From NCBI GenBank assembly GCA_003693705.1, contig RBZT01000488.1:1-41458 (forward strand): a stretch of DNA of 41,458 bases, written 5' to 3'. The translations under genes were made by a program, and so were the position numbers. Positions 1 through 10,382 of the stretch are shown one piece after another. Each line of letters opens with the position of its first letter. The stretch's first letter is position 1. The notes under the pieces were generated by a model. The model worked only from the letters and a program-made list of their open reading frames with translations. It searched no databases and was not told the DNA's origin. The DNA is from Polymyxa betae A26-41 (lineage: Eukaryota; Protista; Endomyxa: Phytomyxea).

Positions 1-1060
1 TTGACGCGGAGACCGACAGGTTCATCCGCGCCTGGTCTCGTTTCCCTGCTTCCGTGCCAGAAACGGGCATGATATTGCAATATGGTCAGGATTACCACAG
101 TAGAGGCAAAGGTTGTTGTCGCGACGACGCTGACGTTCTTCAGGGGTCAGAGGAGCGCGGGGCCTTGATACTGGAATAGCGGCATCTATTATCATGGGAT
201 CGGAGGTCGGTACGGAATTGCTGGGTGCTGTTCACGGTAGGCTGTCGCTTTGTGAAGACAATCTGCTAGATCTGAGTTCGAATATGCGGTTATCAGCTTC
301 GATAGCGTCTTGAATCCTAAACCCTAAAAGGTAGATGGCCTAGGTTTTGATAACAGTAGATTTTTCACTTCGTCATTCAGGCCTTTGTGAAACCAGTACA
401 GTTTCGCGGAATCATTCCAGTCCAGGTCTGAAGATATCAATCTGAATTCCGAGGCATAAATAGAAGCGGGTCGTCTTCCTTGTCGAAGTCTTTCAATCCT
501 TTGTGAAGCCGTCTTCGACCTGTCCGGATCACCGAATGCGCTTTCCATCAAAGAGATAACTGTTTCAGCGTTATTGAGCCTTTCGTCGTTGGCTTCAAGA
601 AGCGGGGAGAACCACGACAGTGCAGGACCGGTTAGTAGGCTGCCAAGTAGTGCAACTCTTATTGAGTCAGTAGGGTATCGTCTAGGCTGAATTTTCCAGA
701 CAAGGCGCAATTGATTCAAAAAACCTCGAAGATTTCGGCGATCGCCGTTGAAAGGATCAGGTAACCGAATATTAGGTTCATTTTCTTGAACATGAGTGAC
801 GTTGTTGTGTCTCAGCTGTTGGATCTGATTACGATATTGATCAGTTTCGTTCAGAGCTTGCTGCAAGCGATTTTGGAGATCATTAACATCAGATAACTGC
901 GGTACATGATTTTGATGGTGTTGCTGGTGAAAAGCGATGGCTGTTGTTGTTGCTGAAGTTGTAGGTTCATAGCTTCTAAGAATGCAGGGTCTGTAGCTTG
1001 GCGATTACCAGGTGGAGGTAGAGACTCGGAACGAGAAAGGGCAATTTGTTCTGGGCCCAT
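1..1060 (-). mobile_element. gag: Degenerate Ty3/gypsy (chromovirus/sushi-like) LTR retrotransposon gag; pol would lie off the left edge
   Basis: ORF 324-866 has retrotransposon Gag motifs (LPDPFNGDR..LRGFL, LLTGPALSW, FGDPD, LRQG..AS.YASEF, W..FHKGL). Past a frame disruption at 316-329 the frame continues IQDAIEADNRIFE...DPMIIDA...[28 protein letters not shown] (CCHC knuckle, 67-108). A G-GGA-AAC heptamer (46-40) precedes the gag stop (24-22), as at the PEG10/sushi-type -1 frameshift site. Other lesions: a frameshift near 940 and a TGA at 232-234. Confidence 0.9.
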
Positions 1061-1064
1061 AACC
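1051..1064 (-). promoter_or_regulatory. Primer-binding site complementary to the anticodon arm of initiator tRNA-Met (half-tRNA type)
   Basis: Minus strand reads GGTTATGGGCCCAG. The plus strand CTGGGCCCATAACC matches the eukaryotic tRNAiMet anticodon stem-loop. It sits between the putative LTR and gag. Confidence 0.8.
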
Positions 1065-1244
1065 AGTTACACGGAACTAAGTTTCTAGAGATTCTAAGAC
1101 AAAGATGTTGTTAAAGTTAGCTAACTACATGATGTTTATATAGATCAGAGACTTTGCAACAAATAGAATCGTGACACATCAGGAGTCACGATGCATGAGA
1201 CTACTCAACTAGTACCGAACTCTTCGTAAGCGATTTCCAATACA
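1065..1244 (-). mobile_element. Putative 5' LTR of the gypsy element (outer boundary uncertain)
   Basis: Directly abuts the PBS. Minus-strand TATA-like TATATAAAC near 1134-1142 and a candidate TGT start at 1244. No second LTR in the window to confirm. Confidence 0.45.
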
Positions 1245-1676
1245 AACTTCAGTGATAGGTGTCCTTATGTATGAAGCAGATTATAAATTTGTATGGGGCA
1301 AATCGGTATTCGTCAATTCAATGATGCGGGGCCTCCCGACAGGCGTCCTACGTGGCCTCCTTCGTGGCCTCCTGCGCAGCCTTCTCCTTACATTGTTCAG
1401 TTACAACCGCCGGGGGATGAGGTCTTTCTGACCGGATGACGCCGTTTATCATGAAAAGACGGCGGTCTTTGAAAGTGAAAACATTGAAGTCCCATCTGAT
1501 AGTTCGGAGGTCAATCAAAAAAACAATTCGCGCTGCACGGTCTCCACATTATGGGATAAATTGAATCAGGTTATCGGTCCAAAGTCACCGCGACTGTATT
1601 GCTGTCGTTTCTGCCACTGATGAAAGTTGCCGATTTTTTTGACAGTTGTTAAACGTTACGACATGAGCATTATAGT

Positions 1677-2455
1677 CAGGCCTCTACATATAAGGCAAAC
1701 GCCGTATATGCCGATTATTGGTAAAAAACGGCATCGGATAGGATCAATATAAGGCATATAAGGCATAATCACAGAAACTCCAACAATACGGGGCGTTTAT
1801 TTTAAATTGGCGTCGAATTGACGACAATGAAGTATTACTTCGAGCGAAAAATACCTCAGGGCACTTTGATGAGCATCCTTTTCCCATTTCAAGACCGAAA
1901 AACCGATTCGACTGTTGCAGTGTTGGGAAATGGACAAGGAAGATCGGGGCTCCAAATACGCAACGAGTTTGTTTGCATGCTTTACCCTTTAGAACGTTTC
2001 CATTTCTTCCTTTGACCTCGACTTGTACTCCTGCCCTTTAGTTGGATGGTTCTTCATGTAGCGTAGACGATAGTTCTGAGGCCGGAACGGCGGACCTTCA
2101 AAGGTCCAACAGCTGAATGTTCTCTTGCGGTTCGCTCCTCGCCCAAACGATATTCAAAGTTTGCAACGCACAGCAACGACTACGGATGACAAAATGATCT
2201 CTCGCTGAAATAGCTAATCCATACTTTACCAGTGTGTTTTCTGAAACGGAGTTAACAGCGGTCCCACAGAACCATTACTAACTTTTTGCCGCAGGCTCTT
2301 AAAAGTCGGCTTCTCTCCATGCGTCAGGATTTGCGAAAATTTCTCATAATGATTACAAAAAACCAATGAAATGTGTTTAAAAAACGGCATCCCATCGAAG
2401 TGAAAAACGGCATTTAAGGCATCTATAAATAGATTGCCTTATATGTAAAGGCCTG
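1677..2455. mobile_element. Non-autonomous hAT-type DNA transposon, 779 bp
   Basis: 22-bp TIRs CAGGCCT(C/T)TACATATAAGGCAA (1677-1698 and 2434-2455, one mismatch). Perfect 8-bp TSD ATTATAGT (1669-1676, 2456-2463). Subterminal repeats ATAAGGCA and AAAAACGGCAT. No transposase ORF. Confidence 0.92.
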
Positions 2456-2557
2456 ATTATAGTGATAATGTATTAGCAGGTAAATATTATACTCGAAATT
2501 CTTTAAACATAAAGAGACAACGGGCAAAGTACGACCACGGTCACCCTCGTCGCCTCT

Positions 2558-3867
2558 CTAGCTGATCTTGCATTCTGGGGCGGATGCCGGGGCGGTCGGC
2601 CCTGCAGCAGCAGCTGGCGTTGTTGGCGACGATGGTGCTGGCCCTCGCCGATCCAAGACCATCACCGGATTCTGGTTGGCGTCATCGGTCGCTTGGGCGC
2701 CGTTGGTCTGCGGCGTACTGGCCCTGTGCGGGTCTGCGAACTCGGCTCCGTTGCCGTCTATTGTTTGGCAATTTGGTGCCGTGCCAATTCGGCGACGTTT
2801 CTCGCCGGGTGATTTCTGATTGATGAGTCCGTGAGCCTTCTCCAGCAGCGGCTGCAGATCGGCCTGGCTCGGATTCTCGCAGTAGCTGGCAATCTCGGAC
2901 GCCATGAACGCCGCAAACCTCGTCCCAGCGCAATTCGATCCACTATCGGCTATCTAGGCAAATCAATTAATATTAAGAAGCGTTAGAATAGAAAGACGCC
3001 AAAGAAAGATAGAATAGAAAATGCAAATTCCGATGAAAAAAACAAACCATGTTAAGAACAAGACTTTGTCGAGTTTGAACGAAATAGAGGGTTTTATAAG
3101 AAAAAAATTTAAACCGATCAAAGACAGCAGTTACAGCAATTCAGAAAGCTTAATAGGGATAATTTAAAAAAAAAATAAGATTAAAAGATAACGCGTCGAA
3201 CAAAAACGGATTCTAACAGGGAAGATTCTTTTACAGAGGACCAACTTACCCTTGCTAATATGATCGGATCGGTATTGATGAAGTCGGAGGCCACGCTCGT
3301 CATTAAATCCTCCAGACACTCAATCGAGCTCTCCTTACACATTGTATACAGATTCTGCCAGAGCTGTCTCGCCGCGAAATGCGTCCTCTCGGCCGCATTC
3401 GAGACGCTGCTCTTCTCGGTCGCTTTCGAGACGCTGCTTCGCCGCGACGAAATCTTCCCTTCCTCCACGACGCTGTGCTGGCCCGTCTTCGCACAAACCC
3501 TGCTTAGAATAAACCCGAACTGTTTGAACGTTTTCGCCGTGGGCTTCTCGCTTCCGGACAGATCGAGAACCGCCTGGAGCGGCGGCAACAAATCCGAATG
3601 TTGCCGGTTCAGGTGTTTCGAGCAGGTCTGATCGGACGGGTACGACTTGAAGCAGACGCCGCAGACGAACGGGACGACGGACTCCGAGCGCAGCAGCTCG
3701 TGCGTCTGCAACAGGTTCTGGAACGCGGCCAGGTCGAACGGCGTCCGGTTCCGAGCCCGGGCCAGCGTCGTGTCGTCGTACCGGACCATCTTCCGTTTCG
3801 GGGCGGCGTCGCAGGGGTCGCGCCGAGTCGCCTCTCCCTCGGTCGGCATCGGGTCGGAAACAGTCAT
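2558..3867 (-). CDS. Single C2H2 zinc-finger protein (~337 aa, 2 exons: 3867-3250, 2953-2558)
   Basis: FVCGVCFKSYPSDQTCSKHLNRQH finger; basic PKRK and KRRR patches. A GTAAGT...CCTAG intron joins ORF 3181-3867 in frame to ORF 2558-2905. Confidence 0.8.
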
Positions 3868-4070
3868 GTTTCTGGAGACGTACCCACCCCCCCCCCCCAG
3901 AATCGGGAAGGAGGGTCACTTTGCCACGGGCTTTGCTACGGACTTTGACGACCGCCTTGTTGAACGGATATTAATGTTACTGTTGTTTCTCGCCATTTTA
4001 TATGCAACGTCTCCCTATTATGTGCTCTCTCTGAAAGCTTCGGGCGGCTTTTATGGACGAAAATTTAACT

Positions 4071-4200
4071 TTGAATAAAATAATATAAATATCTTGGAAT
4101 TGAAGATTATGAAGAAATTTGAATGGAATGTTCTACATAACTTTGAATGGATAATTAGAAATATCATTGAATCGATTATTATGAATAGCTTTGAATAGAG
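4071..4200. repeat. Degenerate ~24-bp AT-rich minisatellite (~6 units starting TTGAAT)
   Basis: TTG(G)AAT recurs at about 4071, 4095, 4118, 4143, 4167 and 4191. Confidence 0.7.
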
Positions 4201-4844
4201 TATTAGGAATTCCGGTCCTCTCATCAAGGTTACTGTATAAATACACGGAATCCGATAGATCGCCGAACCAACCTGGGGATGGCCCAAAACCTCACAATTG
4301 GTTCGGTCAGATATCCCACGCGATATCAGAGCTCGACATTGGATTCGATTCTATTTTTACTTATTCGCTAATTTTTTGTTCATCAGTCCGCGCTATTCCC
4401 AAAACGCTTCGCTGGAAAGTTTTTCGCAACTTGACCAAATAGATTGCAGAACCCGTACTAACGATTTCGGGTCTTTAAAGTGTTTCACCCATTTTTTGAA
4501 ATTGTTGATCGCAGACGGTTCTATATGGAGGACCGAAGATGTTCTAGGGTTTCACTCTTTCTATGGCGGTCGAGCTCAAGTATGTCCTGATCATACTCGG
4601 TGGAATAGACGGCTATCAACGTAGAATCTCGCAGTCTGCGATGTCCTGTTTTGGGAGGCGGATTGCGCTAAACGGGTTCCAATTCTCTCCATACCCGCCC
4701 CAATAAACAAAATCTGATAGTAACAAATTCCCCCATGTTATGGCTGTATGGATTGCCATAGTTTTGTCTCCTAGAAAGTCTATCTGTCAAGAGACGAAAT
4801 TTGCCTGCAGAAGGTTGCAGCAACATTTTCGAGATTTATTGCGA

Positions 4845-5629
4845 CTATTGGTTCAGGTTTGCATCGATTGGGGTCGTTGAGGAGCTCGGACAGGGCTCGG
4901 ATTGTTTACAGATTGGGCACACAGGTGACCGCTGCCTGCTGGCCCATTGTTGGGCGCAGCTTTGATGTAACAAATGGCGACGGCAGGGCATCATACAGAT
5001 CTTAAAAGTAGAATCAGAACTGAGAAAAAACCGAACAAATTTGAAGCAAATTTAAGAAACTCTGCGGGATAGAGAGATGACAGAAACGAAATAAAAGCTC
5101 TGACATTTGGGGTGGTCTCGGACATTGTTTCCATACAAATGACGCAATCCTCATTAAGCTGTTCTTGATACTATGTAAGCACAGTTAGTATGAGGATACG
5201 ACAATAAGGAAAGAGGACTTTCAGACGAGCCGAATTGGAGAGAGTTGGTAACGAGATTTCAGTGGGCGTCGAGAGTTCAGGAACAGCTGTTGGTAACACG
5301 TGAGAACCAAGGACCTGGGGTTTAGGGTTAGGGTTTCGGAGATGCCATCCTCTGTGGGTTTCACATTTCGCGCTCTCTCATAGACACAGCGACAGCAATA
5401 AAAGAGGAGGAGGTATATTGCAGGCACAAGCAGGAAAAGACCCAGAAACTTCACAGCAGATACGGATGAGGGCGTGGCCTCAGGCGGCGCGACCTCCAGC
5501 AACAGTCGCCCTCTACACAGATTTCGCTCAGTTCCAGGCACGATCGAAGTTTCGGATACGTTACCGGGCCGAGTCGGGCCAGGACGACGTCCGCAGAGAC
5601 AGGACGGCGACGACGAAGGCGATATTCAT
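4845..5629 (-). CDS. Signal peptide + TM + RING-H2 protein (putative membrane E3 ubiquitin ligase), 5 exons
   Basis: Exons 5629-5565, 5512-5365, 5314-5219, 5170-5105 and 5000-4845 splice in frame with GT-AG introns. Product: MNIAFVVAVLSL... FLGLFLLVPAIYLLLFYCC (TM) ... EDCVICMETMSETTPN|ICMMPCRRHLLHQSCAQQW..SPVCPICK (C3H2C3 RING). Confidence 0.82.
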
Positions 5630-6195
5630 GTTCGGAGCAATGTCCGGACATGGACAATTCCGACCGCATTCGAATGCGAAACGCAGCCGTACCGGCTCGC
5701 AGAGTGGGAGCGACGGTTCGAACTGCGCACGGAATTTGCGAATGTTCTATAATACAGGCCATGATCGTCTCACGCCCGGATTTGAAAATGTCATGCCCTC
5801 AGGTAGAGTCACGTCATTCTTGTAGCTGGTTTTCGCAAATTTCCGTTCTACAGACCAAAAATTGTTCCAATATTCAGACAATCAGGAAACAGAAATTTCG
5901 GAATTTTCGAAAACATTTCGAGCTTGTTCACAAAAAGGTTTGCTGAAGCGATCCTCTTGACAAACCATTCAGACAGGCTCTAAGACATGGACCACCATCA
6001 GAATCATTAGGGTTTTAGGGTTTCAATTCAGCCAGCTCCTCCTCATTGACAGTTACCCGATCGTCAGCAGAATTCGGGTCGTACTGGCCCTCAATTGTCC
6101 CCACTGGGTGGAAGGCGTACATGCCCACAATATCTGAGATCACGTTCGGGTACCCTTCCTCTATCCACGTGTTCGATTTCGGTTGCCATCTGATC

Positions 6196-9100
6196 ATGGA
6201 GTTGCGCAGTTCGACGGCGCCGCCGTCGGAGCCGGCGACGCCGCGCTGGCCCATGCCGAGTGGATCCGCGACGACGGCCACGACGGCGACCAGTTCCGTG
6301 AGTCAGAGTACGCAACGGGATTCGACCGGGAAGGGATCCAGCGGACAGACCACGAACATTAAGGTCTGAGGCACTGCCGCAACGTTTCCTGTAACGAGTT
6401 CCCAACTCACGGGTTTATGTTACCACTTCATATCGCGGGATTTTCGGGATGGAATCTTCGATTTCTGCTGTGATGGAAACTTGCGAAATGCGGACATCAC
6501 TCTTGACGTTACCAGTTTACGTTTTCTTTCGTTACATGTCCAGAGAGACATTCTCTGACTCATGATGTGTTACAGCGAAAACAGACGGATCGGCTGTCGC
6601 GGGTCAAGAGGACCACACTGCTTGTGGTGATACTGGCCGATCTAACGTTACTCGGGGCGTTAACGTATCAGATGCTGTGGCTGCATTCATCGTTACTGGA
6701 AGCCCTGCAGGATCGCATCACGGACTCGATGGGATTCTATCACTACGTCTACAATCAGCAGTTCACAGAAATGGTCCCGTTCGCTTGTAACGTAATCTGG
6801 CATTACAGTCAACGGAATCTGTATAGGCGCTGTCCGCCACGCTGTATAGCTCGAGCGCGAACCAGGCCGTCGCCTGTTCGGCACTATCCGGAGACGCCGC
6901 CGCGCAGTCCGAAATGCAGCGGAGGCTCGGCAGTGATGTGCGTGGCCGCGGCATCGAAATCGCTCTGGTCACGGACACCGCCGGGGTGATTATGAGCACC
7001 GGAGGGCCGAAGTCCGCACTCGGAGCGAGATTCAATCCGCATGGTACCATTACGGACTTCGCCCAGAAGTACCCTCAGACAACGCAGCAGGTCGGTGGTG
7101 GTTAACGTTACAGGTAACGTGATGGGTTGAGCTGCGAGTGCAGCTGAAGTGTTCGGTGATGATGGAGCGCGATCTGTTCGAGACTCTGGGTGCGCCGGTG
7201 TATGCGAAGTCCGAGGACGGACCGGTTTTGTCCTGGCGCAACTATACGGAAACGTTAACCCGTCTGGTGGTTACGCCGCTATACTGTGGTCAGACACAGA
7301 ATCAGGGTTATCTAATCCTCGGTAATCATTCCCAATTTCTTTGCATCGGATATTATTCCATTTTTGTTTCTAACAAAGAAAAACCGCGAGTCCCATTTTC
7401 CAGCAATTTATTCAAAAAAAAAATCAAATTGCTCAGAAAAGTTTCGATTTTTCATATCCAGCAGAATTGATTTCCTTTCACCTGATTTGCCACCAAAAGC
7501 ACGAAACGTGCCTGTGCCAACTACTGACAAAGCTGCATTTGTAACATTAGGACACGCCCTGACTCCGAGTCCGTTCGAGCCTATCAATCGTCTGGTGCAG
7601 GCCACCGAGTCGGCGTTCGTGGCGGTCCTGGCTCGCACTTCGCAAGGCCGATGGCAGACCCAGTACGCGTTCAACCACAACAGCGACACGGGGCAGCACG
7701 GCTGGCGCGGCCCGCTCTCGGATCCGCTGCTCTATTTTGACGGCGACTTTCTCCGAGAGGTCACAGCGCAGCGCACCCCTCGAAGTGGACGCCAATCGAT
7801 TGGTAACGTAAACCGTGTGTCTTACGTTACTGGCTTACGTTACCCTAAGGTACATTCAAATACTCGTACGCGGCGCTGCCGATTGCCCGGACCCAGCTCG
7901 GGTCGGAAGTGATTGACGGGATTATGGGCGCGGACGCCGTGGTCGTTCACGCCGAGCCTGAGTATGCTGTTGCACGAACTGTGAATACCCTTCTTCTCTG
8001 GCATGTCCCGTTCGGCGTCTTTCTCATCCTTTTGAGCTTCGTTACACTGAAATTCACATGTAACGTTGCGTCAGACAGTATAAAGTTTCCTATCTGATAC
8101 CCAGTTTCTTATAGATGTGAAGTTTATCGACCCGATGAGGCTGCTCATCGATTCGGTCAAGAAACGACAGTAACGTTAACACTTTAGGATTGTAACGCTA
8201 TCCGACTGAGCCCCACTAGGATGAAGGAGTTCAGCGATCGGATCCGTCGTCTGAAATCGAGCCGCAGCTCGATGAACTCGCTACTGCTCAAGGCCGTACT
8301 GGTCCAAGGCGTCCTGCTTGGCCTCGTCTTCGCAAATCGTCACCTACTAACGTCGTCGATCGCGGATTTCACGTCGGCCACTGTCCAGGTCCGTCTCACA
8401 TGCAACGTTACTGTCACCGGAGCTTAAACTTACACTGCCGCAGGGTCGTATTGGCCCATACGTTTGCTCGACCGGCGCCCGCCTGATCATCTCGTATCTG
8501 AACGCCTGGGCCGGGTTCGACTCGATGCTCACCAATGCTGTTACACGTAACGTAACCGATTCGTTCCGCGCTGATCTCCAGACGGGATTCCAACCGATGA
8601 AGGCTGATGTCATCTACCTGATAGCTCCGTAAGCATTATGATGGAGATTCTTTGCCCAGAGCGTTTATCTCGATTGAAAAAGATCACACAGTTCGTTCTC
8701 CGGATATTTTGGTTTTCTAATGAGAGACTCCCATTTTTGTTGCGCTTAATCTTGGAGGATAATTTTCAACTTTCACTGGGACTGTAACAAGGCATAACAC
8801 GGTCTTTGATAAGACGCTTTTTTTCACGCATTTTTTGCAATATTGAGCCTTTTTTTCTGGGAACTGAAACAAACCACAACAGGGTCTTTCTTTCATATGA
8901 CGCTGTTTTTTTTTACAGATTTTTGCAATAATGAGCGATTGTTTTTCGTTTTCTGGGAACTCTGATATAGTCGTCGATCTGATCTCTCATGAAGAGATTC
9001 GACCGTTATCGCCAGCAGCTACCGACCCGCCGAAGGGCGTGTATTCCCCGAGGTCGGCATCATGTCGTATCTGCGAAAGCAGGCGCCCGCGGATCGGCGC

Positions 9101-10382
9101 ACCTTCACGACGCTGACGAACTGGCCCTTGGACGACGTGGCGGCGCTGATGCCGCGCGCCGCGAACTTTTCTGACGCTCCGGCTCTGATACGGCTGGCTG
9201 TGGCTCCGATCAGTTACGTTTCGTTGAATGGTAACTGTCCTTTTGACTGAAGGAACCCGGCCGATAAATGTTGCAGCAACAGATGGTTCCGTGGAGACGG
9301 GCGACCTGGTCGGGGCTCTGGTCGTCCTGCGCGTGTTTAACGGCCTCCATCTGATCTACGATTGGATGGTGGATGCGTTCGGCACCGGATATTATGGTAC
9401 AAGCGATTCCGCTTAGCGCTCCGATTAATATGTAACGTAATCTGCCTGAGCAGGGATTTATGAGTGGGATCGGTTCCAGCAGGAGTTCGCTGCAGTCACC
9501 ACGATACTCAGAGTACGACATTCATTTGTTTCGGATGTGAATGCAGTTTTTGGACATTGAAAACTATTAAGGATTTCACCCTAAAAACCCTATTAAGGAT
9601 TTCAACCTTTTCTCATAGGCCGCTCTCATTGGTTTTCGTGAAGTTTTCATCATCAAATGTCAACAAGTTTTTCTAATCTGTTTGGAAGTTTGCTCAATAG
9701 CAACTTTAACAGCTTTATTATTTCTGTTCGAAATTTCCAAAAATTTCTCAGCATTATATCAATGCCACTAGACACTTTCCTTTCAAAAATGAATTCAGTG
9801 GTTGTCTAAAATGTGACCATACAGACCGACACCGCCTCGGACTACGAGACCGATGTCCAGGACATGTATCCGGACCTGCTTTACAATGCCGACGCCGTCT
9901 TCACATCGTACGCCCACGACGCCGACGCCGGGATCCTCATTCGCCAAGGGGTCCGCATCGCCGGCCAGTCCACAACGGTGTCCGTGACGCCCTATTTCAC
10001 AGCCGACGACGTCGTACTGTCTCCGCTGATGTTCAACGCGTACCAAGTTACCGCCGTCCCGCAACAGCGCTACGACGACCTACTGGCCCATCAGCTCGCC
10101 GTGCAGATCGCGATCATGGCCGTGGAGTGGGCGGCCTCCATCGTGGCCTTGCTGTGTACGTACTGGCCCATGAAACGGTTTCTGGACCAGCTGGAAAAGG
10201 CGTTCAATGTGCCGTCGATGTCGGAAGCGAAACGGGCGAAGATGGAGGAGATGGCGGCGGCCATGGTGACACGTCCCGATCCAAGAACGAAGCCTGAGAC
10301 GATGAAGCCGGACGGGACGCCTCACGCCACGCACCAGCTGTCGCTTCCCGGCTTCATTACTAATCGACAGATAAAACAATAA
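6196..10382 (+). CDS. 883-aa four-TM membrane protein with two tandem Cache-like extracytoplasmic sensor modules and no catalytic output domain; 13 exons
   Basis: Exons 6196-6363, 6576-6773, 6827-7090, 7144-7321, 7551-7802, 7850-8059, 8115-8169, 8220-8388, 8444-8628, 8995-9230, 9277-9396, 9454-9512 and 9825-10382 total 2652 nt, with consistent phases and no stop. Intron positions are shared with the paralogue at 27911-30425. Each module reads TM - (IALVTDTAGVIMST / VIYLIAPDSTVIAS) - (LTRLVVTPL..GYLILG / LIRLAVAPI..VGALVV) - TM - P(M)xxL. Confidence 0.85.

Noticed and set aside
2568-4078. Multiple overlapping plus-strand and alternative-frame ORFs (similar ones at 5418-5946, 10080-10448, 27913-28514)
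   Set aside because: Antisense or frame shadows of GC-rich exons of the genes called; no motifs.
4051-4287. ORF with 8-aa hydrophobic repeats
   Set aside because: It is the translation of the 24-bp AT-rich minisatellite.
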